25,243 bases of DNA from a virus (lineage: Duplodnaviria; Caudoviricetes). The DNA is taken from IMG/VR virus record IMGVR_UViG_3300044676_000970, positions 1 to 25,243 of that record, one strand, 5' to 3'. The notes below the pieces were generated by a model. That model ran no database searches and was not told where the DNA came from. It worked only from the letters and a program-made list of their open reading frames with translations. Each line of letters begins with the position of its first letter. Positions within the stretch are counted from its first letter, which is position 1. This document shows, piece after piece, positions 6,501 to 14,340 of this stretch. The position numbers were made by a program, and so were the translations under genes.

Positions 6501-6787
6501 TGGCAAAGACAGACGCACACGTTAGAAAGCAGGCTAGGAAGGAAGAACTACGCACCTATCTATCCAATAGGGGCAAAGTTGACTATGTGCTTGACAACAT
6601 TGAGAAAATCGAGGGCTTAGACGTTAGCTCAGCGGACTTTCAGAAGGAACTGCTAAAGCTCAAGACAGCCAACGAGCAACGTATACGTCTACTCAACAAG
6701 TATCTGCCCGATGCGAGAGAGGACATCCAAGAGATTACAGACTTGCCGCCGCTAGTTATCAAGCTCGCTGATAGTGCAACTAACTAA
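6500..6787 (+). CDS. probable terminase small subunit
   Basis: Helical 95-aa protein directly upstream of and overlapping TerL. The start is placed at the TAATG overlap (6500). The call is by synteny. Confidence 0.6.
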   Translation: MAKTDAHVRKQARKEELRTYLSNRGKVDYVLDNIEKIEGLDVSSADFQKELLKLKTANEQRIRLLNKYLPDAREDIQEITDLPPLVIKLADSATN

Positions 6788-7985
6788 GCCTCAGACAGAC
6801 ATCTTCACCAATCAGGCACGCTTCAGAGTGGTAGTAGCTGGGCGTCGATTCGGTAAGACGTTTCTCTCCACGGCAGAACTTATCAGAGCGGCGCTCAGTG
6901 GTGATGGCAAGAACTGCTGGTATATCGCACCCACCTACAAGGCGGCCAAGGAAATCGCCTGGGGGATGCTGATAGAGGCGATCCCACCGGAGTACATCAC
7001 CAAGACCAACGAGACAGCACTGAGCCTGCATCTGGCTAACGGCTCGATCATTAGCCTCAAGGGGGCAGAGAAGCCCGATAACCTTCGCGGACGCGCACTG
7101 GACTTTTGTGTCCTTGACGAGTTTGCCGATATGCGGAAGGAGGCGTGGTTTGAGGTCATCAGACCATCACTCTCAGACCGCAAGGGGTCAGCCATATTCA
7201 TCGGCACCCCCAAAGGCCGCAACCATTTCTATGACCTCTGGACGAAAGGGGTTGATAAGGATGAAGGCTGGTCAGCGCATCAGTACACCACGCTACAAGG
7301 CGGGAACGTAGACGCCAATGAGATCACTGCGGCAAAGCAGGACTTGGATGAGCGCACGTTTGAGCAGGAGTATGAGGCGCGGTTTGTCAATTACTCAGGG
7401 GTCATTTACTACAACTTCAGCCGCGAGCAGTCAGTTATCCGCTATCACGGCGAGCCTGACCGTATATTAATCGGGATGGACTTTAACCTTGATCCCATGT
7501 CTGCGGTGGTTATGACGCGCAGAGGCAACACGCTCCATGCGTTTGATGAAATTGTGATCTTTGGCAGTAACACGGACGAGATGGCTGACGAGATACGCAA
7601 GAGATTTGGCACTAAAAATGTTACGATATACCCCGACCCTGCGTGCCGCCAACGGAAAACATCTGCTGGTGGTCGCACTGATTTGTCGATACTGCAAAAT
7701 GCAGGCTTTGAGGTAAAGGTTAGAAACTCGCACTCAGCGATAAGAGACAGAATTAACGCAGTCAACTCCAGACTGCGATCAGCGGATGGCGTGAGGCAGT
7801 TGTTTGTTGACCCAAAGTGTAAGAAAACCATTGAGTCACTTGAGCGTCAGACGTACAAGGAAGGAACCAGTCAGGTTAGTAAAGACGGGTTCGATCACAT
7901 GAATGACGCGCTGGGGTATGCAGTTGATTACCTATTCCCCATCCGCAAGCAATATGAGGCTTCTGCGCCTCAACGGTGGACTTGA
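6774..7985 (+). CDS. terL: terminase large subunit
   Basis: LTKPQ adenine-binding motif, Walker A AGRRFGKT, Walker B FCVLDEFA, coupling motif IGTPKG, and nuclease motifs GMDFN, YPDPA and DHMNDALGY. Confidence 0.97.
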   Translation: MQLTKPQTDIFTNQARFRVVVAGRRFGKTFLSTAELIRAALSGDGKNCWYIAPTYKAAKEIAWGMLIEAIPPEYITKTNETALSLHLANGSIISLKGAEKPDNLRGRALDFCVLDEFADMRKEAWFEVIRPSLSDRKGSAIFIGTPKGRNHFYDLWTKGVDKDEGWSAHQYTTLQGGNVDANEITAAKQDLDERTFEQEYEARFVNYSGVIYYNFSREQSVIRYHGEPDRILIGMDFNLDPMSAVVMTRRGNTLHAFDEIVIFGSNTDEMADEIRKRFGTKNVTIYPDPACRQRKTSAGGRTDLSILQNAGFEVKVRNSHSAIRDRINAVNSRLRSADGVRQLFVDPKCKKTIESLERQTYKEGTSQVSKDGFDHMNDALGYAVDYLFPIRKQYEASAPQRWT

Positions 7986-9379
7986 TGAAGATAGATATTG
8001 AGTACCAGCACCCAGACTACGAGAACAACGTAGACCGCTGGGAGTTTTATCTACGAAGCTACATGGGCGGTGCTGACTACAGTGAGGGCCAATACCTCAC
8101 GGGATACCTCAACGAAGATTCCAAGGCGTATGACCGCAGACGGCAACTTACGCCAATAGACAACCACTGCCGTAATGTCGTGCATATCTACTCGTCATTC
8201 TTGTGGCGTGTAAGCCCGACGAGAAACTTTGAGGGCATGGAAGGCAGTCCAGACCTTGAGCAGTTCTTGGATGACGCTGACCTAGACGGTCAGAACTTCA
8301 ACAGCTTTATGCGTCAGGCTCAGGTGTGGTCATCTGTCTATGGTCACGCCTGGATCATGGTGGACAAGCCACAATCTACCGCTGGCACCCGAGCAGAGGA
8401 GCTTGACCAGGGGCTAAGGCCATACGTCACGCTTATCACGCCCGAGAACGTCTATGACTGGCGGTGGGAGCGACAACCATCAGGCCGCTATGAGCTTACC
8501 TATTTGAAGGTGCGTGAGTCTGTAGACCGCGTTGATGGCACTACCACGGTGACATATTTCCGTGAGTGGTATTTGGATACGATTAAGCTAACCCGCTATG
8601 ACGGGGCTACGGCAGAGACTATTGAGCAGATTGATAACCCCATCGGTGTCATTCCTGCCGTGTATCTGCCTGCCAACCGTTCGATCGTTCGGGGCATCGG
8701 CATCTCTGACATCTCAGACGTTGCCTACATGCAGAAGGCGATCTATCAGGAGCTTAGTGAGATTGAGCAACTGATCCGCATCTCTAACCACCCGACGCTG
8801 GTTAAGACCTACGACACGGACGCCAGCGCGGGGGCAGGGGCGATTATTAACATTGCTGACGATCTGGACGCGGGACTGCGGCCTTATCAGATGCAACCGT
8901 CAGGGGCTAACTTAGACGCCATCAGGGCCTCCATAAGCGACAAAATCGACGCGATCAATAGGATGACCCACATGGGAGCCGTTCGTGGCGCTAAGGAGCT
9001 TACACAAAGCGGTGTGGCTATGCAGACGGAGTTCCAGATGCTTAATGCAAAGCTATCTGAGAAAGCCGACATCCTTGAGCTGGCTGAGGAGCAGTTGTGG
9101 AGCTTCTATTGCCGGTGGCAGGATCATAACGTCCATGAGGTGCAGGTCAGCTATCCTGACTCGTTTGATCTTCGTGACTACGCTCAGGAATTGCAGTTCT
9201 TGCAACAGGTGCAGGCCAGTGGGGTTCGCTCTGATACGCTCCGCAAGGAAGTAGATAAGCAAATCGCTGATCTTGTCCTTGATGATGAGGTGCTTACCAC
9301 CGCTCATAACGAGATTGAGCAAGGCAGGGCCGCTGTAGGGCAATTTGCCCTGCCAGAGTCACCCGTAGATGGCGGCTGA
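7985..9379 (+). CDS. portal protein (SPP1 gp6-like)
   Basis: ~464-aa ORF right after TerL (TGATG overlap), with DNHCRNVVHIYSSFL, SSVYGHAWIMVD, NPIGVIPAV, GISDISDV and QSGVAMQ motifs. Confidence 0.9.
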   Translation: MKIDIEYQHPDYENNVDRWEFYLRSYMGGADYSEGQYLTGYLNEDSKAYDRRRQLTPIDNHCRNVVHIYSSFLWRVSPTRNFEGMEGSPDLEQFLDDADLDGQNFNSFMRQAQVWSSVYGHAWIMVDKPQSTAGTRAEELDQGLRPYVTLITPENVYDWRWERQPSGRYELTYLKVRESVDRVDGTTTVTYFREWYLDTIKLTRYDGATAETIEQIDNPIGVIPAVYLPANRSIVRGIGISDISDVAYMQKAIYQELSEIEQLIRISNHPTLVKTYDTDASAGAGAIINIADDLDAGLRPYQMQPSGANLDAIRASISDKIDAINRMTHMGAVRGAKELTQSGVAMQTEFQMLNAKLSEKADILELAEEQLWSFYCRWQDHNVHEVQVSYPDSFDLRDYAQELQFLQQVQASGVRSDTLRKEVDKQIADLVLDDEVLTTAHNEIEQGRAAVGQFALPESPVDGG

Positions 9380-10115
9380 TGTCGATCACCTTAATGCGGT
9401 CATTACAGCCGCAGAGGAGCATCAGCGCCGCATGGCGAGCGCATTGGTCACGCTGGAGCAACGGATTGTCCAGCTTTTGTCCGGCGCTCCCCTGACAGAT
9501 GGCAAGCTCTTTGACCTTGAGTGGGCGATTGAGGCCAGGACACAGCTCAGGCAGATCATTCAGGATGAGTATCTGGAGACGGTTGATGAGATTGTCAGGG
9601 ATTATGCGGCGATTGCTACGCAAGCTGAAACAATGCTTAGAACCTACTCTGACGTTGTAAGGCTTGATCCTGGTGTAGTCAGCCAGCTTCAGCAGTTGAC
9701 CTTCAACGGTTTTGAGGCGCTAGGCGATGACTTTGCCGAGGTGGTTAGCAAGCAAATCTACGAAAGCACGCTCACGGGCGCTACGTTTTCAGAGGGTGTC
9801 GAGCGCATCCGTAACTTAGTAGAGGCTGATCTAGGCAGATATGCGTCTACTGCGTTACATGATGGCCTGATGGACTTTGATGCGTCTATCAATACCAACA
9901 TGGCGCTGGAGGCTGGCGCACAGCGTTTTAAATACTACGGGCCTGATGACGCCAAAACCCGTGAGCATTGTGATAAATTTGTGGGCAAGACGCTGACCCT
10001 TGAGGAAATAGAAAGGGCGTGGGCTGGCGAATGGTCAGGAAAGCGGGAAGGCAGTCCGTTCGTTGTGCGCGGTGGCTACAACTGCCGTCATAGATTTAGA
10101 GGCGTTTTTAGCTAA
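9369..10115 (+). CDS. minor head protein (MuF/SPP1 gp7-like)
   Basis: C-terminal FKYYGPDDAKTREHC...RGGYNCRHRF; located after the portal. Confidence 0.85.
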   Translation: MAADVDHLNAVITAAEEHQRRMASALVTLEQRIVQLLSGAPLTDGKLFDLEWAIEARTQLRQIIQDEYLETVDEIVRDYAAIATQAETMLRTYSDVVRLDPGVVSQLQQLTFNGFEALGDDFAEVVSKQIYESTLTGATFSEGVERIRNLVEADLGRYASTALHDGLMDFDASINTNMALEAGAQRFKYYGPDDAKTREHCDKFVGKTLTLEEIERAWAGEWSGKREGSPFVVRGGYNCRHRFRGVFS

Positions 10116-10125
10116 GGAGGCGACA

Positions 10126-10170
10126 ATGCCGTACCATAAGGGCAAGAAGAAAAAGAAAAAATCCAAGTAA
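10126..10170 (+). CDS. 14-aa lysine-rich micropeptide (not in the ORF track)
   Basis: MPYHKGKKKKKKSK*, with a perfect SD TAAGGAGG 5 nt upstream that overlaps the MuF stop. Confidence 0.65.
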   Translation: MPYHKGKKKKKKSK

Positions 10171-10172
10171 TT

Positions 10173-10200
10173 TGATAAACTAACCAGACTCCATTGGAGG
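10173..10200 (+). promoter_or_regulatory. extended -10 promoter and SD-containing hairpin upstream of scaffold/capsid
   Basis: TG-A-TAAACT at 10173-10181; a CTCC-ATT-GGAG hairpin overlaps the GGAGG SD. Confidence 0.4.
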
Positions 10201-10208
10201 TTCGTTAC

Positions 10209-10889
10209 ATGAGCGAAGAAGTCATGGAAGTAGAAGGTACTGAGGCCGTTGAGCAACCCGTTCAAGAAGCTCAGGATGCAAAGACGTTCACGCAGGAAGA
10301 ACTTGACCGGATAGTTGCGGATCGAGTTGCACGCCAACAGCGGCAATTTGAGAAGAAACTGGAAGGCATTGACTTGGACGAAGCACGACAGCTTTTGAGT
10401 GAAAGGCAGAGCGCCGAGATCGAAAAGCAGAAAGAGCGTGGTGAGTTCGAGAATATTCTCAAGCAGACCGTCGAAAAGAAAGATCAGGAGATTGGCGCTT
10501 ACAAGGTACGGTTAGAGCAGACGCTAGTGGATGGCGCTCTCTTATCAGCCGCCGCCAAGAACAGCGCGGTATCCCCTGAGCAAGTCAGTCAGTTGTTACG
10601 CGGCTCCGTTTCGCTATCTGAAGATGGCACCGTAGAGGTTTTCGATAAAAACGGGACGCCACGGTACAACGACAAGGGCGAACTGCTCACGGTTGAAGAA
10701 CTGGTGGCAGACTTTTTGACAACGAACCCGCACTTTGTGAAGGCATCACAAGGTGGTGCAGGATCAGCGGGGGCAGTTGGTGGTTCCACGCCGAAAACCT
10801 TAACGGCGGCAGAAATGTTGGCTAACTATGAAAGCGGTGGCCGTGAGGCGTTCCGTGAGTTGCAGTTAGCAAAGAAAGCAACCCGCTAA
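10209..10889 (+). CDS. head scaffolding protein (DUF4355-like)
   Basis: Acidic N-terminus, KTFTQEELDRIVADRVAR motif, coiled coil and Gly-rich linker. The start is ATG 10209 after SD GGAGG; it lies directly before the MCP. Confidence 0.85.
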   Translation: MSEEVMEVEGTEAVEQPVQEAQDAKTFTQEELDRIVADRVARQQRQFEKKLEGIDLDEARQLLSERQSAEIEKQKERGEFENILKQTVEKKDQEIGAYKVRLEQTLVDGALLSAAAKNSAVSPEQVSQLLRGSVSLSEDGTVEVFDKNGTPRYNDKGELLTVEELVADFLTTNPHFVKASQGGAGSAGAVGGSTPKTLTAAEMLANYESGGREAFRELQLAKKATR

Positions 10890-10907
10890 TTTAAAAGGAA
10901 TTTAGCA

Positions 10908-11744
10908 ATGGCTAATGAAACTACTTCAACAACTTTAGACGATCTGTTTGCGAATATTATCCTGCAAGCTCGCTTCACTGCTGAGGAGCAGTCAATCATG
11001 CTGGGCCTCGTTACCCGTTACGACATCGGTAACGTAGCTGGCAAAACCGTACAGGTGCCGAAGTATCCCGCAATCTCTGCGGCTGACCTTACGGAAGGCA
11101 CTGATATGTCTGCAACTGAAGTCTCAACTTCTAGCGTCACGATCGACGTTGCCGAGGTTGGCGCTCAGGTTGTTCTGACTGATCTGGCGGCGTTCGGCGC
11201 TGGCAACCCTGCCGCAGAGCTTGGCACTGTTCTGGGTAACGCTATCGCTACCAAGATGGACACTGACTTGATCGCTCTGTTTGACGGCTTCAGCACTTCT
11301 CTGGGTGCTACCACTCAAGAGATCACTGTCGCTGACATCTTCAACGCGGCATCTCGCTTGAAGGCGGCTAAGGCTCCTGGTCAATACTCAGCAGTCCTGC
11401 ACCCCTATCAGGCTTACCAGTTGAAGGCCAACATGACCAACACGTTTGCAAACCCCAACGGTGGTGATTTGCAGAATGAGGCAATGCGTACTGGCTTCAT
11501 CGGCACGGTAGCTGGTGTAAACATCTACGAGTCAGCCAACGTGTCTATCGACGGTTCTGGCGATTCTAAGGGCGCTGTATTCGCACCCGAAGCTATCGCT
11601 ATGGCTATGAAGCGCGACTTCAACATTGAGACCGAGCGTAACGCTTCTCTGCGTGCGTTTGAGTTGAACGCTACTGCCGTCTATGGCGTTGCAGAGCTTG
11701 ACGACTCTTACGGTGTTGAGATGTACTTCGACGCTGGACTCTAA
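10908..11744 (+). CDS. major capsid protein (HK97 fold)
   Basis: 278 aa with GKTVQVPKYP, LTEG, LGNAIATKMDTDLI, VLHP, GFIGTVAGVNIYES, IETERN and VYGV. Biased high-expression codons; followed by a terminator. Confidence 0.92.
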   Translation: MANETTSTTLDDLFANIILQARFTAEEQSIMLGLVTRYDIGNVAGKTVQVPKYPAISAADLTEGTDMSATEVSTSSVTIDVAEVGAQVVLTDLAAFGAGNPAAELGTVLGNAIATKMDTDLIALFDGFSTSLGATTQEITVADIFNAASRLKAAKAPGQYSAVLHPYQAYQLKANMTNTFANPNGGDLQNEAMRTGFIGTVAGVNIYESANVSIDGSGDSKGAVFAPEAIAMAMKRDFNIETERNASLRAFELNATAVYGVAELDDSYGVEMYFDAGL

Positions 11745-11752
11745 GGTACTAC

Positions 11753-11778
11753 GCGCCCCTTCGGGGGCGCTTTCCTTT
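11753..11778 (+). terminator. intrinsic terminator after the MCP
   Basis: GCGCCCC-TTCG-GGGGCGC followed by TTTCCTTT (cUUCGg tetraloop). Confidence 0.9.
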
Positions 11779-11785
11779 AGGTAAA

Positions 11786-12067
11786 GTGATGGCTGTGATC
11801 TATCGTGGTGAGCGTTTTGAGGATTATAATGTCCCTAAGCGAACAAGAAACCACCCATCAAAGAGCCATGCGGTACTCGCCAAGAAAGGCGACAGAATTA
11901 AGCTGGTCAGGTTTGGAGCGCAGGGTGCTAAGACTTACCCGCCACGAGATGGAGAAAGCGCACGAGACAAGGCCATGAGACGAGCGTGGTATGCCCGACA
12001 CGGTGACACGCTAAAAGGCGCGACAGTATTTGATCCTATCTACTGGGCCGCGAGAGTCAAATGGTGA
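11786..12067 (+). CDS. small highly basic virion-associated protein (DUF6321/DUF5754-like)
   Basis: HPSKSHAVLAKKGDRIKLVRFGAQG...RRAWYARH...YWAARVKW. The family assignment is from memory of the motif. The start is GTG 11786 or ATG 11789. Confidence 0.6.
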   Translation: MMAVIYRGERFEDYNVPKRTRNHPSKSHAVLAKKGDRIKLVRFGAQGAKTYPPRDGESARDKAMRRAWYARHGDTLKGATVFDPIYWAARVKW

Positions 12068-12071
12068 GCTA

Positions 12072-12485
12072 ATGGCATTTAGTAGAGACTGGAATCTGCA
12101 AGAAATCATCCCCGACATCCTAGACTTTGGGATTGATAACTTCATTGACGAGCACGCAAGGGCGCAGGCAGAGCTAGAGCGGGAGATTAGGAACCGCTGG
12201 TGGCATCGCACTGGTTACGCTGGCGAGCTTGATACAAGCCTTCTCACGGACTCTCAGTGGACAAAAGCCAATAGCTACCTTGTACTCTGGAAGTACGCAC
12301 TACCGAAGCTCACCAACTGGGTTGATAACGACCGCTTTCTGCAGATGATTGACTTCTACCGCGTCCGCTATGGCGAGGAGATGGAAGCCGTGTTTGCTGA
12401 TGGTGTTGAGTATGACTTCGACGAGGACGGCACGGTTCAAGATGATGAGAAGCTGCCAAAGCCTCTGAATAGGCTAGATCGCTAA
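12072..12485 (+). CDS. head-tail adaptor/connector protein
   Basis: Position after the MCP, helical character and a C-terminal GVEYDFDEDGTV motif. The start is moved to ATG 12072. Confidence 0.65.
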   Translation: MAFSRDWNLQEIIPDILDFGIDNFIDEHARAQAELEREIRNRWWHRTGYAGELDTSLLTDSQWTKANSYLVLWKYALPKLTNWVDNDRFLQMIDFYRVRYGEEMEAVFADGVEYDFDEDGTVQDDEKLPKPLNRLDR

Positions 12486-12994
12486 TGCTTCAGTTCTTGG
12501 GCGGTGCGGGACTGCGCGGACTTTTAATTAAGTCCCTGCGTGATGACGCTGTTGGGGATGTTGTCGATAACGTCAATATTGGCGTAAAGATGACCCCAAA
12601 AGACCCGACCAAGATAACCAAAGACCTTGCCGACAAGATTAACGCCAACAAGCGCAGAGCGTTGAGCATCACGGCGATGGAAGGCATCAACATCATTGAG
12701 GACAGGACTGCCAAAGGGCAAGGCGTAGATGGCCCGTTTAAGTCCTACACGCCTCAGTACGCGGCGTTTAGAGCTAAGAACAAGCTAAGCACCAAGCCTG
12801 ATCTGTCTGTTACAGGGCAAATGCTGGCGTCTATGACAGCCTCACGGCCAACCAGCAATTCAGTTACGTTGTTCTTCAGAGGCGCTGACAATGCCCGTAA
12901 AGCGGCCTTTAACAACCAGTCACGGAAGTTTTTTAGCTTCACCAAGCGGGAGCGCCGTACACTGAGAAACATATTTAAGAAGCGTCTGCTATGA
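12485..12994 (+). CDS. neck/tail completion protein (virion morphogenesis, Mu gpG-like)
   Basis: Basic protein with GPFKSYTPQYAAFR...PDLSVTGQMLASM...RKFF; synteny. Confidence 0.7.
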   Translation: MLQFLGGAGLRGLLIKSLRDDAVGDVVDNVNIGVKMTPKDPTKITKDLADKINANKRRALSITAMEGINIIEDRTAKGQGVDGPFKSYTPQYAAFRAKNKLSTKPDLSVTGQMLASMTASRPTSNSVTLFFRGADNARKAAFNNQSRKFFSFTKRERRTLRNIFKKRLL

Positions 12995-13425
12995 GCGTCA
13001 GAGAGAACATCGCCAACAACATCGTGACAACGCTTAGGTCAGCAACAACGCCTACGCGGATTAAGTACGTCACGCGAGAGCCTTTTGAGTTCGATAAGTT
13101 GAGCAACGCGCAGTACCCTGCCATCCTGGTCAGGACTGCAAACGAGGATCGTGAGGATTCCACTATTGGCGGCTCTTTAGCCAAGCGCATGGGGACGATT
13201 GATTACCAGCTCGTGTGCTTCGTTAAAGCAAAGAACATAGACACCGCTCGCAATAACATTGTCGAGACGGTAGAAGAATCTCTGGACACAGACCGCACCA
13301 GAGGCGGCTATGCTATCGACACTCAGATCGTTAGCCTTGAGGCCGACGACGGTAGTATAGACCCAATCGGCGGGGTTATAATTACCGTTCGCATTCTTTA
13401 CTCATTTACACGCGGCACCACCTAA
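12991..13425 (+). CDS. tail terminator protein (lambda gpU-like)
   Basis: MSVRENIANNIVTTL...YPAILV...LDTDRTRGGYA; directly before the tube gene. Confidence 0.7.
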   Translation: MSVRENIANNIVTTLRSATTPTRIKYVTREPFEFDKLSNAQYPAILVRTANEDREDSTIGGSLAKRMGTIDYQLVCFVKAKNIDTARNNIVETVEESLDTDRTRGGYAIDTQIVSLEADDGSIDPIGGVIITVRILYSFTRGTT

Positions 13426-13437
13426 GAGGAACACAAC

Positions 13438-13833
13438 ATGGCAAGCAGTGCAGGAAGTAGCGGCGTCTTTAAGATTTCGCAGACAGACGGATCAGAAGCG
13501 GCTGTGGCCGAAGTCCGTTCCTACAGCTTTGATGTAACGGCTGACACGATTGAAAAATCAGTCATGGGCGATACATCGCGGGAATATCTCGCAGGCTTGA
13601 GCAGTAGTACGCTCTCAGTTGAGGTTTACTGGGATGCGTCAGATCAGGCTGAGTTTGATGAGCGAGCCACTGTCTACTGGGAGATTTACCCCACTGGCAC
13701 GGGTACTGGTGAGAAGTATTACCACGGCTCAGGCGTTGTGACTGGCAAGACCATCTCAGCGGCGTTTGACGGCATGGTAGAGGCTTCTTTCTCTATCCAA
13801 AACAGCGGGGCAGTCACAGAAGCTACCGCATAA
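13438..13833 (+). CDS. major tail tube protein
   Basis: VAEVRSYSFDVTADTIEKSVMGD...YLAGL...YYHGSGVVTG...DGMVEASFSIQNSG, the typical siphoviral tube pattern; SD AGAGGA. Confidence 0.85.
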   Translation: MASSAGSSGVFKISQTDGSEAAVAEVRSYSFDVTADTIEKSVMGDTSREYLAGLSSSTLSVEVYWDASDQAEFDERATVYWEIYPTGTGTGEKYYHGSGVVTGKTISAAFDGMVEASFSIQNSGAVTEATA

Positions 13834-13849
13834 CTAAAGGGAGACAACC

Positions 13850-14203
13850 GTGGGACTGGCAAGAGAACTGAGGAGTAGGCGGCAGATAGATCGCCGCAAA
13901 ATAGAGGTAAAGGCATGGGCTGACGAGTCGGGCGAACCATTCCCGATCTACTGTAGGCCCATCACTTGCTACGATCTGAACGAGATTCAGAAGAAGCATC
14001 CGAAGGTTCTTGAGTCGCCCACGGTAGCCTCTATGGTTGACCTCATCGTAATGAAGGCAGAGGACGAAGCTGGTGATAAGCTGTTCGCATCTGCTGAAGA
14101 TCGAATGGACTTGATGGGTGAGGAAACGGTTGTCATCTCTGGCATAGCAGAGGAAATGTTTAGCCAGATTGAGTCAGTCGAGGCTATTGAAAAAAACTTC
14201 TAG
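13850..14203 (+). CDS. tail assembly chaperone (gpG-like)
   Basis: Located between the tube and tape-measure genes, and ends in the slippery sequence GAA AAA AAC TTC TAG. Confidence 0.85.
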   Translation: MGLARELRSRRQIDRRKIEVKAWADESGEPFPIYCRPITCYDLNEIQKKHPKVLESPTVASMVDLIVMKAEDEAGDKLFASAEDRMDLMGEETVVISGIAEEMFSQIESVEAIEKNF

Positions 14204-14340
14204 CCGATCCGTCACGGATGAACCTTATTTCGTTGGCTGATCGGTTACATAAGACGATAGAAGAAGTCGAGCAAATCTCTGTTACTGAGTTCCATGAGTG
14301 GCTCGCTTACTTCAAGATTATGAGCGAGAGAGATGGCTGA
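14191..14340 (+). CDS. -1 frameshift extension of the chaperone (gpGT-like)
   Basis: Slippery heptamer A AAA AAC at 14191-14197. The -1 frame reads LLADPSRMNLISLADRLHKTIEEVEQISVTEFHEWLAYFKIMSERDG* and ends overlapping the TMP start. Confidence 0.85.
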   Translation, partial: KKLLADPSRMNLISLADRLHKTIEEVEQISVTEFHEWLAYFKIMSERDG

